DNA of 64,000 nucleotides from a bacterium (GTDB lineage Bacteria; Electryoneota; Electryoneia; Electryoneales; Electryoneaceae). The position numbers and the translations under genes are program-made. The DNA is taken from positions 1,792,001-1,856,000 of the forward strand of contig CAXXKJ010000002.1 in assembly GCA_963675295.2 (NCBI GenBank). The letters run 5' to 3'. Under the pieces are notes generated by a model. It ran no database searches and was not told the origin of the DNA. It saw nothing but the letters and a program-made list of their open reading frames with translations. Positions 10,686 through 20,033 of this stretch are shown here, piece after piece; the first letter of the stretch is position 1, and every line of letters starts with the position of its first letter.

Positions 10686-11560
10686 TCTTCGCCGCCTTCT
10701 TCGTCCGACTGCGTGTCGCCAACCTTGAAGCGCAGGAAGGCATCCACCTTGATTTCGCCACCGGCATCCTTGACAGCCTGCGCGACGACATCCTTGACCT
10801 TCATCTTGGAATCCTTGACGAAGATCTGGTTCAGCAGGCAGATTTCCTCGAAGAACTTGTTCAGCTTACCGGTCGCGATCTTGTCCAGCATCTCTTCCGG
10901 CTTGCCTTCGTTCCGCATCTGGGTCTTGTAGATTTCCTTTTCGGCCTCGATCACGTTCTCCGGGACCTGGTCCTGGGAAACGTACTGCGGGCCGGCAGCG
11001 GCGATCTGCAAAGTCAGTTCGTGCGCGAGGTTCTTCGCGACGTCGCTGGTTGCGGCAGCACCGGTCAAGCCGATGATCACGCCGAGCATATCGCCGGGGT
11101 GAGTGTACTTGTCCACGAACCCGTCGCACTGGATGTACCCTGCGCGCGCGATCTGCATTTTTTCACCCAGCTTGCCGGACAGTTCCTGCAAGTCGGTGGT
11201 ATCGAACTCGTCCACCGGGATCAGGTTGTCGTCACCGGTTTTGCTGGCGAAGGTCATCGCGACATCACCGAACGCTTCGGCGGTCTTGACAAACTCTTCG
11301 TTGCGTGCGACGAAATCGGTTTCGCTGTTGACTTCAACGATGGCGCCGGCGGTGTTGTCATCATTGACCCGCACGACGATGCGGCCTTCGTTGGCCGAAC
11401 GGCCGGCACGCTTGGCCGCGCTGGCGATACCTTTTTCACGGAGGTACTTCACCGCGGCGTCGAAGTCGCCGTTGGTCTCGTTCAGCGCCTTCTTGCAATC
11501 CATCATTCCCGCGCCGGTCTGCTGGCGCAGCTTCATCACATCTTTCGCGGCTATCGACAT
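10682..11560 (-). CDS. tsf: Elongation factor Ts
   Basis: LRQQTGAGMMDCKKAL, EVNSETDFVARN. Confidence 0.98.
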   Translation of the reverse strand: MSIAAKDVMKLRQQTGAGMMDCKKALNETNGDFDAAVKYLREKGIASAAKRAGRSANEGRIVVRVNDDNTAGAIVEVNSETDFVARNEEFVKTAEAFGDVAMTFASKTGDDNLIPVDEFDTTDLQELSGKLGEKMQIARAGYIQCDGFVDKYTHPGDMLGVIIGLTGAAATSDVAKNLAHELTLQIAAAGPQYVSQDQVPENVIEAEKEIYKTQMRNEGKPEEMLDKIATGKLNKFFEEICLLNQIFVKDSKMKVKDVVAQAVKDAGGEIKVDAFLRFKVGDTQSDEEGGEE

Positions 11561-11680
11561 GGGTCGACCTTTCTCGAATTCTAGTTCGAACGTTACTCGT
11601 GAATGCACATGGGGTGGCAGCGAATGTGCCGGAACCCGCCCTCCCGGAGTCTGAACTCCGGAAGCTGACGCAAGTTTCAG

Positions 11681-11708
11681 AAAAAAGGGCGGGAAACGAT
11701 ACCCGCCC
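11681..11708 (-). terminator. Intrinsic terminator between rpsB and tsf
   Basis: Minus strand gggcgggt-atcgtt-tcccgccc followed by T6. Confidence 0.65.
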
Positions 11709-11715
11709 AGTGAGC

Positions 11716-12504
11716 TTACTTGCTGCGCTTGGCGGCAGCGCCACGACGGCGCCGGGGGCCCTGCTTCCGCTGCTTATCGTCCTGCGGTTCCTCGTCCTTC
11801 TTTTCCTGCTTGTGGGCTTCGTAAACCGCAAGGCCTTCGATGACGGCGTCCGTGAAGGTCTTGGTAATCAGACCGATGGACTTGTACGCGTCATCATTGG
11901 CGGGAATCGGATAATCGATCGGGTCCGGATCAGAGTTTGTGTCCACGATGGCGAAGATCGGCAAGCCGAGCTTTTTCGCTTCGCGGACAGCAATGTCCTC
12001 CTGCACGGTGTCGACGATGAACAGCGCGCCGGGCAGTCGCTTCATGTTGCGGATACCGCCGAGGTTCAGCTCGAGCTTGCTGCGCTCGGCATCCATCGAC
12101 AGGCGCTCCTTCTTGGTGACGCTGTCATACGTGCCGTCGACCACCTTCTTTTCCAGCGCTTCCAGCTTCTTGATCGATTTCCGGATGGTGGCGAAGTTGG
12201 TCAACATGCCGCCGAGCCAGCGTTCGCTGACGTAGGGCATGTTGGCGCGGGTGGCTTCTGCCTTGATGATGTCACGCGCCTGCTTCTTCGTCCCGACGTA
12301 GAGGATGCCATCACCACGCGCTGCGATACGCGACGCGACGGCGTCAGCAGTTTCCATCAACTTGAGGGTCTTGTTCAGGTCGATGATGTAGATGCCGTTC
12401 TTCTCCATGAAGATGTACGGCTTCATCTTCGGATTCCACCGGCGTGTCAGGTGGCCGAAATGGGATCCGGCGAGGATCAACTGCTGAACGTTAACGCGTG
12501 CCAT
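11716..12504 (-). CDS. rpsB: 30S ribosomal protein S2
   Basis: GSHFGHLTRRWNPKM, RWLGGMLTNF, IPANDDA. Confidence 0.98.
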   Translation of the reverse strand: MARVNVQQLILAGSHFGHLTRRWNPKMKPYIFMEKNGIYIIDLNKTLKLMETADAVASRIAARGDGILYVGTKKQARDIIKAEATRANMPYVSERWLGGMLTNFATIRKSIKKLEALEKKVVDGTYDSVTKKERLSMDAERSKLELNLGGIRNMKRLPGALFIVDTVQEDIAVREAKKLGLPIFAIVDTNSDPDPIDYPIPANDDAYKSIGLITKTFTDAVIEGLAVYEAHKQEKKDEEPQDDKQRKQGPRRRRGAAAKRSK

Positions 12505-12738
12505 CGTACTATCCTTTCCTGGTGCCCTCACCGACTCGAAGCAGGGACGGCTCGTCCGCACCCTTGGCCGGTTTGTTGAGCGGCTTTTGGCGACAAAAGG
12601 GTCGCCATGACTTATCGTACTGCCGGCAGGACCATCCCACCAGCAGGTAACAAAAGATCGAAGGGAGTTTCCCTTCGATCCGGAAAGTAGCTTGCCAGAT
12701 TGCCGGATGATGAGGTCCGGCGTGGTCTCCGGTTCCCG

Positions 12739-13143
12739 TTAACGCTTGGAGAACTGGTACTTCTTACGGGCGCCGGGCTGACCGTACTTCTTACGTTCCT
12801 TCTCACGCGGGTCGCGGGTCATGAACCCGGCACGCCGCATGATGGTCTTGTAATCTTCGTTGGTCTTGACGAGGCAGCGGCTGATGCCCAAACGCATCGC
12901 GCCGGCCTGGCCGGACAGACCGCCACCGTGGCAGACGGCGTAGATGTCGTACTTGCCGACACCTTCGACCGCTGCGAGCGGCTGCTCGATGATCTGCTGC
13001 AGGATTTCGCGCTTGAAATGCCCGAGCAGGTCCTTGCCGTTCACGACCACGTTCCCCGTACCCGGGGCGAGCCACACCTTGGCAACCGAGGTCTTACGGC
13101 GTCCGGTAGAATACACGGAATTCGCTGGAATCTTTGCCATCAT
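12739..13143 (-). CDS. rpsI: 30S ribosomal protein S9
   Basis: TGRRKTSVA, GGGLSGQAGA, ERKKYGQPGARKKYQFSKR. Confidence 0.98.
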   Translation of the reverse strand: MMAKIPANSVYSTGRRKTSVAKVWLAPGTGNVVVNGKDLLGHFKREILQQIIEQPLAAVEGVGKYDIYAVCHGGGLSGQAGAMRLGISRCLVKTNEDYKTIMRRAGFMTRDPREKERKKYGQPGARKKYQFSKR

Positions 13144-13148
13144 TTACC

Positions 13149-13577
13149 TCAGAGCGGGAACGGTTGTGGTTTCTGCGCGTCGTGCGGGTGCGTCTCCGAA
13201 GCATACACCTTCAGCTTCTTGATCTGACGGCGCCCCAGCGGCCCCTTCGGCAGCATGCCCCAGACGGCCTTGCGCAGCACACGGTCCGGATGTTTCTCTA
13301 GCATTTCCGACAACAGCTTGGTACGGAAACCGCCCGGATGTCCGGTGTGGTGCCAGTAGACCTTCTTATCGAGCTTGCGGCCGGTGAACTCCAGCTTGTC
13401 CGCGTTGGTCACGACGACAAAGTCGCCGCCGTCCACATGCGGGCTGAAGGTTGGCTTGTGCTTACCACGAAGCACGGTCGCGATGCGCGTGGCCAAACGT
13501 CCGAGGACTTCGCCCTCAGCGTCGATCACGTACCAGTTCCGCTCGACCGTATCCTTGTTCAAGTGATGGGTTTTCAC
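13149..13577 (-). CDS. rplM: 50S ribosomal protein L13
   Basis: [29 protein letters not shown]; GTG start at 13577. Confidence 0.98.
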   Translation of the reverse strand: MKTHHLNKDTVERNWYVIDAEGEVLGRLATRIATVLRGKHKPTFSPHVDGGDFVVVTNADKLEFTGRKLDKKVYWHHTGHPGGFRTKLLSEMLEKHPDRVLRKAVWGMLPKGPLGRRQIKKLKVYASETHPHDAQKPQPFPL

Positions 13578-13882
13578 GCTTCCCACCCTACGTTTACACA
13601 GAGAAAAAAGGGACGCATCCGCCGAAACCGCAGGCTGCCGGTTACGGACACGCACCCGGTGTTCTAGCTATAGAGCAGCCGAGATGATACAGCTCAAACT
13701 GCCTGAACGCAATACACTGCGGGCCTCCGGGAGGGTTTTCCCGGGGCGAGGCAAGATAAGCAGGGAGGGACGGTCACGCTAGCTCTGAATGTGCCTCGGA
13801 GACCGGGAGAGACAGGGGCGGTGTGGCGCACGGGACGGCGTGTTTGGGTTGTTCGTGTTGTTTGGTTCGCTCGCGAGGTCTC

Positions 13883-13914
13883 TTGACTTGAATCCCGTCT
13901 TGAACGTATGTTCA
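13883..13914 (+). promoter_or_regulatory. Candidate sigma70 promoter with a GAAC-N4-GTTC (LexA-like) operator over the -10
   Basis: TTGACT (13883-88), 18 nt, TATGTT (13907-12); palindrome TGAAC-gtat-GTTCA at 13901-13914. Confidence 0.45.
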
Positions 13915-13946
13915 GCTCCGCTGGCTTCTGTCCAGCCACCACGCTG

Positions 13947-14372
13947 CTAATACCAGCTTTTCTTCTTCTGCTTTTTTATCCAAGGATGCAGTAGACTGTG
14001 ACAAGGCTCGCAAAGACTAATAAGGTTTCGCATGTCATTTCCTCCACCATGATCTACTGGTTTGATGTGATGAACATGCAGAGCCACACCTGTTTTTTGA
14101 CATCGTTGATTTTGACAAGTGTAGTTATCCCGCTTAAGTACAGCTTTTCTTACCGGTTCCCAAACTTCTGGTGCCCTTAAATCAGTAAGATTATCCTCAC
14201 AAATTCTGTCAAATCGCCAATTCCAGAACCATCTTATAAGAAATCTAACGAAAACGTTTTGTTTATAGTATTGTTCGTCCATCTTCTGGATTTTTGGATG
14301 CATTACACCCTTATAATCCACTTTGTTACCAGGAGGATATACAACTTTCAGACGACTTTGATCCCATGACAT
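13947..14372 (-). CDS. HNH endonuclease (Zn-binding), low GC
   Basis: VLKRDNYTCQ..C, LHVHHI..GGGNDMRNLISLCEPCH. Confidence 0.88.
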   Translation of the reverse strand: MSWDQSRLKVVYPPGNKVDYKGVMHPKIQKMDEQYYKQNVFVRFLIRWFWNWRFDRICEDNLTDLRAPEVWEPVRKAVLKRDNYTCQNQRCQKTGVALHVHHIKPVDHGGGNDMRNLISLCEPCHSLLHPWIKKQKKKSWY

Positions 14373-14470
14373 TTCTCACCCCCAGTGGATCGATAATCCG
14401 CAAATAGTCCGGATCAATATACAAACAACATTAGATCCCATCACACCCACCTCGTTCGGAGACCTTCCTC

Positions 14471-16408
14471 ATGCACCTCGACCGTCTGTTCAATCTCCAC
14501 GTCCACCTGTCCCGCGAAGGGTACAAGCCCACACCAGTCCGTGATAAACGTTTCGCCTGTTCCTGCCCGTTGCCCGGTCATGGCAAGGGACGCGGCGACC
14601 GCAACCCCTCGCTGTCAGTCTTCGAGTCCGACGACGGCATCGTGCATTTCAAGTGTCATGCCGGTTGCGACCCGTTGCAGATCACAGAGTACCTCGGCCT
14701 CAAGCCCATCGATCTGGGCTATGGCGCTGACACCAGCCAGAACATCGTCTACGATTACCACAGCCCGGAAGGGACGTTGCTCTACCAGGTGGTGCGCAAG
14801 CCGGGGAAGGAATTCCGGCAACGCCGCCCCGATCCGGACACTCCGGACGGCGGCTGGATCTGGAATCTGAAGGGCACCGAGCCAGTCCCGTTCAACCTGC
14901 GCGGCATCCTGCGCGGGGACGACCCGATCCTGATCGTCGAAGGGGAGAAGGACGCGAACACGTTGATCGACCGTGGCTATGTCGCGACCACCAACTCCGG
15001 TGGCGCGGGCAAGTGGCCGGACGTGTTAAACAAGTACTTCCGTGACCGGCTTGTGTACGTGCTCTGCGACAACGACGAACCGGGCATGCGTCACCAGCAG
15101 CAGGTCGCCTCGGCGTTGGTGACGGTGGCGGAGAAGGTGGTGGTCGTGCCGCCGTTCGAGGACGCCAAGGACGTGACCGCATGGTTCCTGCAGGGCCACA
15201 CCGACCGCGAGTTCGCCGCCTGGCTGAACCGTGGCGAGGAACGGTCGTCTGGCGACAGCGCGCGTGTCATTCTGAACGGAGCGCAGCGACGTGAAGAATC
15301 TCCAGCATCGCACACGGCGGTTAAGTCGGAGATCCTTCTCGTGCCTACGGCACGTCAGGATGACACACAGACCACCCGTCACGGCGATGACCCGGGCCAC
15401 ACATCCACCGACACCACATCCTCATCCCCCGCGCCGTCGGTGCTTGATTTCGACCGGGACCGTGGTGACCTGCTGCTGGTGGAGGAGTTGCCGGAACCTC
15501 GCTGGGTTGTGCCCGGATTGTTGTGCGAGGGGCTGGCGATTTTCGCGGGCAATCCGAAGACAGGCAAGTCGTGGATCGCGTTGCAGGTGGCGATGGCGGT
15601 ATCGGCTGGGGGTCCTGTCCTCGGGCTCGAGGCGTGCGAGCCGGGATGGGTGCTGTACCTCGCGTTGGAGGACCATAAGCGGCGGATTCAGTATCGCATG
15701 CGTGAAATCGGCGGTGACGGTCTCGACGGCAGCGCCCTGTGCCGGCTGGATGTGCGTGTCGGCAGGAGCCTTTCCCTCGCCCAGATCGACTGGTGGCTGC
15801 ACAACCACCGGGACGCGCGGCTGGTGATCATCGACACCCTCGGCCGCTGGCGTGACCCGCAGGACAACAACAGCAACCTCTACGATCACGACACGCAAAC
15901 CATGGCGAAACTGCAACAGCTCGCGTTGAAGCATCACATCTGCCTGCTGCTGATCCATCACAAGCGGAAAGCTGCGGATGACACGGATATCCTTGGCGAA
16001 ATCAGCGGCAGCTACGGCCTCGCCGGCGCGGCAGATACCATCCTCGTGATGCGTCGCAAACGCGGGCGCGATCTCGCCGAACTGTTCGTGACCGGGCGGG
16101 ATATTGATGAGGCCCAGCACCGGATGGAGTTCAAACGTGACCCCGAATCCGACAGCCCCCTGCGTCACACCGGCTGGCAAATCACCGGCGAAATCGAGGA
16201 GGACGAACGCGACATGCTCGAAGGCAAACGGCGGCGGATTATCGAAGTGCTGGAAATGGAAGGCAAGGCGATGACCAACGCCGACATCGCCGCGTCGGTG
16301 GGGATCAACAAGTCGTACCTGAGCCAGTTGCTTCCCAAGATGCAACGGGAAGGGTTGGTGGTGAATGTCGAACGCGGTGTGTGGGGGCTGCCAAAGCAGC
16401 TAAACTAA
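14471..16408 (+). CDS. Primase-helicase fusion: Zn-binding domain, TOPRIM, RepA/AAA_25-like helicase, C-terminal wHTH
   Basis: CPxPGH..DRNPSLS..FKCHAGC; VEGEKDA and DND (TOPRIM); GNPKTGKS Walker A, LVIIDT Walker B, LIHHKRK; MTNADIAASVGINKSYLSQ HTH. Confidence 0.85.
   Translation: MHLDRLFNLHVHLSREGYKPTPVRDKRFACSCPLPGHGKGRGDRNPSLSVFESDDGIVHFKCHAGCDPLQITEYLGLKPIDLGYGADTSQNIVYDYHSPEGTLLYQVVRKPGKEFRQRRPDPDTPDGGWIWNLKGTEPVPFNLRGILRGDDPILIVEGEKDANTLIDRGYVATTNSGGAGKWPDVLNKYFRDRLVYVLCDNDEPGMRHQQQVASALVTVAEKVVVVPPFEDAKDVTAWFLQGHTDREFAAWLNRGEERSSGDSARVILNGAQRREESPASHTAVKSEILLVPTARQDDTQTTRHGDDPGHTSTDTTSSSPAPSVLDFDRDRGDLLLVEELPEPRWVVPGLLCEGLAIFAGNPKTGKSWIALQVAMAVSAGGPVLGLEACEPGWVLYLALEDHKRRIQYRMREIGGDGLDGSALCRLDVRVGRSLSLAQIDWWLHNHRDARLVIIDTLGRWRDPQDNNSNLYDHDTQTMAKLQQLALKHHICLLLIHHKRKAADDTDILGEISGSYGLAGAADTILVMRRKRGRDLAELFVTGRDIDEAQHRMEFKRDPESDSPLRHTGWQITGEIEEDERDMLEGKRRRIIEVLEMEGKAMTNADIAASVGINKSYLSQLLPKMQREGLVVNVERGVWGLPKQLN
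15264..15366. repeat. REP-like family C element inside the primase-helicase ORF (in frame)
   Basis: gtgtcattctgaacggagcgcagcgacgtgaagaatctccagc...ggagatccttc...tcaggatgacac, matching the intergenic 8180-8328 element. Confidence 0.85.
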
Positions 16409-16512
16409 CTAAAGAAGCTAAAGACGACAGGTACCCAAACAAACAGACTAAAGAGTAAATACTCTCTAAGTACAGGCTATACCTGCTTGTTTGGGTACTA
16501 TAGTTAGTTTAG
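16400..16512. other. AT-rich origin-like region: CTAAA repeats and nested inverted repeats
   Basis: CTAAA at 16400/16409/16418/16448; CTAAACTAACTA vs TAGTTAGTTTAG; GTACCCAAACAAACAG vs CTGCTTGTTTGGGTAC. Confidence 0.6.
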
Positions 16513-16568
16513 GTGGCATACAGCCCGGCGGAAGAGTCGTCGGTTTACTCTTGCTATCGTTGAACAGA

Positions 16569-17372
16569 TCAATCGCCTAATGGACCAAGTGCGACTTCCA
16601 AATCGAATCTCGCGTCATCGTTCCAGAAGTCGAAATCCGTGTCCTCCCAACCTTTGTCGGTATTATCTACGACGATGACCACCATGGTTTCGGCAGCAAT
16701 CAAGTTAGGTGCAACACGAACATGCTGTCCCTGAGTTGAAATGGTTTCGTGCCAGTAGACTGAAAAGTTTTCGCCATCCGCGTAGTCGTCATACTCGGCA
16801 GGTGACATGACAAATAATTCAAGTCCATAGTCGCCTGGCCAATCATTTAAGTCCATGTTCATTGCCAGAATACCCTCATATGGGATTTCAACCGGACTAC
16901 TGTATCTCCAGTGATTTTCATCCAAGGTCACGTTCTCCCAATGCACGAGTATGACAGGGTCAGGGGCGGGAACTGTCATAGCAACGCCAACATTCCAAAT
17001 CTGGTCGTCTGTCGTGGTCAAGGTGATGGTTCCTGAGTGATTACCATGAATCATATCGGTTCTATCAACCGTCACAGTCACGGCGTCTTCTTCATCCCTT
17101 GTTACACCTGATGCTGGGAAAACAGAAAGCCAATCGACGTCGGTTGTGATGGTCCATTCTAATTCTTGACCGCCATCATTACTCACCACAAACTGCAAAG
17201 TGTTGTCATCCTCTTCGAACACAAGCGAACTAACAGATACGCTAAGGATCGGATCTTCTTCATTTTCGTTCGGTGACGTTGGACCGGAATCATCACTGTC
17301 TGAACAGCCTGAAAAGGCAAGTAGCGCGATCAGAATTGGGACAAGAAACACGGATAACAACGCGGACTTCAT
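16569..17372 (-). CDS. Lipoprotein with BACON-like Ig domain, lower GC
   Basis: Lipobox LAFSGC; SNDGGQELEWTITTDVDWLSVFPASG..VTVTVDR. Confidence 0.75.
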   Translation of the reverse strand: MKSALLSVFLVPILIALLAFSGCSDSDDSGPTSPNENEEDPILSVSVSSLVFEEDDNTLQFVVSNDGGQELEWTITTDVDWLSVFPASGVTRDEEDAVTVTVDRTDMIHGNHSGTITLTTTDDQIWNVGVAMTVPAPDPVILVHWENVTLDENHWRYSSPVEIPYEGILAMNMDLNDWPGDYGLELFVMSPAEYDDYADGENFSVYWHETISTQGQHVRVAPNLIAAETMVVIVVDNTDKGWEDTDFDFWNDDARFDLEVALGPLGD

Positions 17373-17463
17373 GATCACCCCCTGTAAACATGCCATGTGT
17401 AGACAAGTTACATAATATACGACATTGATAAGCAGCGAGTGCGACTGTAGAGTCGCTTGCCGC

Positions 17464-18081
17464 CTACCAAAACAACCCGAACAGTTCCCGCATTTTCTGG
17501 ACGGCGGAGTCGGCGACCATCTCGGGGGAGTTCGAGCCGGATGCGTCGATGGTGAGGACGTGCATTTTCTTGCGTGCGCGTTTCGCCCAGGATTCGTAGG
17601 CGTTGTTCAGCTCGTGCATGTAGCCCGGGTCGATGCCCTGTTCGGAGGCACGGCCGCGTTCGGTGATCCTGCGGAGTAGCGTGTCGACGTCGGACTTGAG
17701 GTACAGGATGACGTCCGGCGTGCGCAGGTGGTTGACCATCTGTTCGAACAGCGAGCTGTAGTTTTCGTAATCGCGCTTGTCCATGAAGCCCTGCTTGTGC
17801 AGCGTGCGCGCGAAGATCTCGACGTCTTCGTAGATGCTGCGGTCCTGCACGCAGGATTGGTCGGCGGTGCTGATTTCGGCTTGTGCTTCGAAGCGTTTCG
17901 AGAGAAAGTAGACCTGCAGGTGGAAGGACCAGGTCTTCATGTCGGCGTAGAAGTCGTCGAGGTACGGATTGTTGATGACGGGTTCGTAGTACGGTTTCCA
18001 GCCGAGTTGGTCGGCGAGGGCCTGGGTGACCGTCGATTTGCCGACTCCGATATTTCCCGCGATGGCGACGAAGAGGTTCAT
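17464..18081 (-). CDS. Deoxynucleoside kinase
   Basis: IAGNIGVGKST, YEPV, DRSIYED, RITERGR. Confidence 0.92.
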   Translation of the reverse strand: MNLFVAIAGNIGVGKSTVTQALADQLGWKPYYEPVINNPYLDDFYADMKTWSFHLQVYFLSKRFEAQAEISTADQSCVQDRSIYEDVEIFARTLHKQGFMDKRDYENYSSLFEQMVNHLRTPDVILYLKSDVDTLLRRITERGRASEQGIDPGYMHELNNAYESWAKRARKKMHVLTIDASGSNSPEMVADSAVQKMRELFGLFW

Positions 18082-18161
18082 GGTATCCTTCCGTTTGCTG
18101 CCGTGAATATAACGGACATACCTTCGCCTCGTCAGCTCAGCTTACTCTCTGGAGAACTTTC

Positions 18162-19889
18162 ATGCGATCCGCATCCGTGCTGCTCCCGATTCTGCTGCTC
18201 GCCCTGTTGCTTGTCCCGTTCAGCTCCAACGCCGCCGCTCCGCCACCCGAATGGGGCACCGGCGGAATGATCGCCACTGCACACCCGCTCGCGACCGAAG
18301 CCGGCTGGGAGGTCTTGAACGACGGCGGGACCGCAATCGACGCCGCCCTCGCCGCGATTTACACGCTGGACGTGGTCTGCGGCTACAGCGAGGGGCTCGG
18401 CGGCGGTGAGTTCTGGGTGATCCGTGACGGTAAGACGGGCGAGGTGGTGTGCATCGACGGCCGTGAGGTCGCCCCGGCGGCAGCGCATCGCGACATGTAC
18501 ATCGGTCCCGACAGCCTCGTTGTCCCCGGCATGTCGGAGATCGGCATCCTCGCGGGTGGTGTACCGGGTTCGGTTGCCGCACGCGAACAGGCACTCGAGA
18601 TGTTCGGCACGATGAAGCGGTCGCGGATCATGAAACGCGCGATCCAGCACGCGGACGAGGGGTACGTTATCAGCCCCCGTGAGGCGGCGGTGTATGAGGG
18701 CGCGTTGCCGTACTTCAAGATGTTTCCGAGCACGGCGCGGGTGATGCTGGACGAGGATTCGATGACGGTCGGTGTGGGCGAGCTGCACATCCAGAAGGAT
18801 CTCGCGCGGTCGTTGAAGAAGATTGCGGACCATGGCGGCGACGAATTCTACCAGGGCAGCATTGCCGAAGAAATCGTGCGCTTCATGGAGGAGAACGGCG
18901 GTCTGATCACCGCGGACGATCTCGCGAACTATCACGCGACGGTGCGTGAGCCGATCCACGGAACCTACCGCGGGTACGATGTCTATTCGATGCCGCCGCC
19001 GAGTTCGGGCGGTGTCCACCTGGTGCAGATGCTGAACATCCTCGAGGGCTGGAATCTGCCGCAGTTCGGTGTCCGCTCGGTCAACTGGTACCATCATCTC
19101 GCGGAAACGATGGACTTGGCGTTCGCCGACCGTGCCGAGTTCCTTGGCGACCCGGAGTTTGTCAATGTGCCGGTCGAGGGGCTGATCTCGAAAGCGTACG
19201 CGGATTCGCTAAGAGGCCGGATCATCAACATCTACGACCGTCACCCACGCGGCCCGGGCAACCCGATGCAGTACATGGACAGCCCGCCGGACTCGTTGCT
19301 CAAGGACGGCCACACCTCGCACCTCAGCGTGGTCGATCAGTGGGGCAACATGGTCGCGTTGACGACGACGGTGAACACGCACTTTGGGTCCAAGGTCATC
19401 CTTGGGAATACGGGCATCTTCCTGAACAACGAGATGGACGACTTCTCCGCGCAGCCGGGTGTGCCGAACTACTTCGGGCTGGTTGGCACCGAAGCGAACT
19501 CGATCCGTCCCGGCAAGCGTCCGTTGTCAAGCATGACGCCGACGATCATCGTCAAGGACGGGCAGCCGTTCATGGCGGTCGGCGCGGCGGGCGGGCCGAA
19601 GATTATCACCGGCACATTGCAGACGATCCTCAACGTGATCGATTTCGGGATGGATGTTCAGGACGCCGTCTCCGAGCCGCGCATCCACCACCAGTGGTCG
19701 CCGGACTATCTGTACGTCAGCGAAGATATCTCGCCGGACGTCGTTCATCTGCTGCGTCTGCAGGGCCACAGCGCGGTGCATTACACACCGGGCAGCGTGG
19801 TGCAGGCGGTGCTGCTCGATCCGGAGACGGGTCTGTATTTCGGCGCTGCCGATCCACGGTCGGTCGGCACGGCGAGAGGAGTGAGGTGA
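18162..19889 (+). CDS. ggt: Gamma-glutamyltransferase
   Basis: GLGGG, IDGREVAP, HTSHLSVVD, NNEMDDF, PGKRPLSSM. Confidence 0.95.
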   Translation: MRSASVLLPILLLALLLVPFSSNAAAPPPEWGTGGMIATAHPLATEAGWEVLNDGGTAIDAALAAIYTLDVVCGYSEGLGGGEFWVIRDGKTGEVVCIDGREVAPAAAHRDMYIGPDSLVVPGMSEIGILAGGVPGSVAAREQALEMFGTMKRSRIMKRAIQHADEGYVISPREAAVYEGALPYFKMFPSTARVMLDEDSMTVGVGELHIQKDLARSLKKIADHGGDEFYQGSIAEEIVRFMEENGGLITADDLANYHATVREPIHGTYRGYDVYSMPPPSSGGVHLVQMLNILEGWNLPQFGVRSVNWYHHLAETMDLAFADRAEFLGDPEFVNVPVEGLISKAYADSLRGRIINIYDRHPRGPGNPMQYMDSPPDSLLKDGHTSHLSVVDQWGNMVALTTTVNTHFGSKVILGNTGIFLNNEMDDFSAQPGVPNYFGLVGTEANSIRPGKRPLSSMTPTIIVKDGQPFMAVGAAGGPKIITGTLQTILNVIDFGMDVQDAVSEPRIHHQWSPDYLYVSEDISPDVVHLLRLQGHSAVHYTPGSVVQAVLLDPETGLYFGAADPRSVGTARGVR

Positions 19890-19933
19890 AGCAGTTGCGA
19901 GTGCCGAGTTGTAAGTATCGAGTTAAACCACAC

Positions 19934-20012
19934 GGGGACACGTTGAGGACAAAGTGTCCCCGTTTTTGTGTGGTGTTGTTTTTCCTCACACCTCATACCT
20001 CATAGCTCACAC
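19934..20012. repeat. REP-like family A hairpin (GGGGACAC..GTGTCCCC) followed by a CCTCANA heptamer tail
   Basis: Hairpin 19934-19961; tail tggtgttgtttttcctcacacctcatacctca... recurs at 26536-26578. Confidence 0.85.
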
Positions 20013-20033
20013 CTGTCTTTCGTACCTTCCCCC

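Noticed and set aside
13841-16496. TGTTTGGGT at 13841 and 16488 as att-like direct repeats
   Set aside because: Only 9 bp, both inside low-complexity repeat tracts, and no recombinase nearby.
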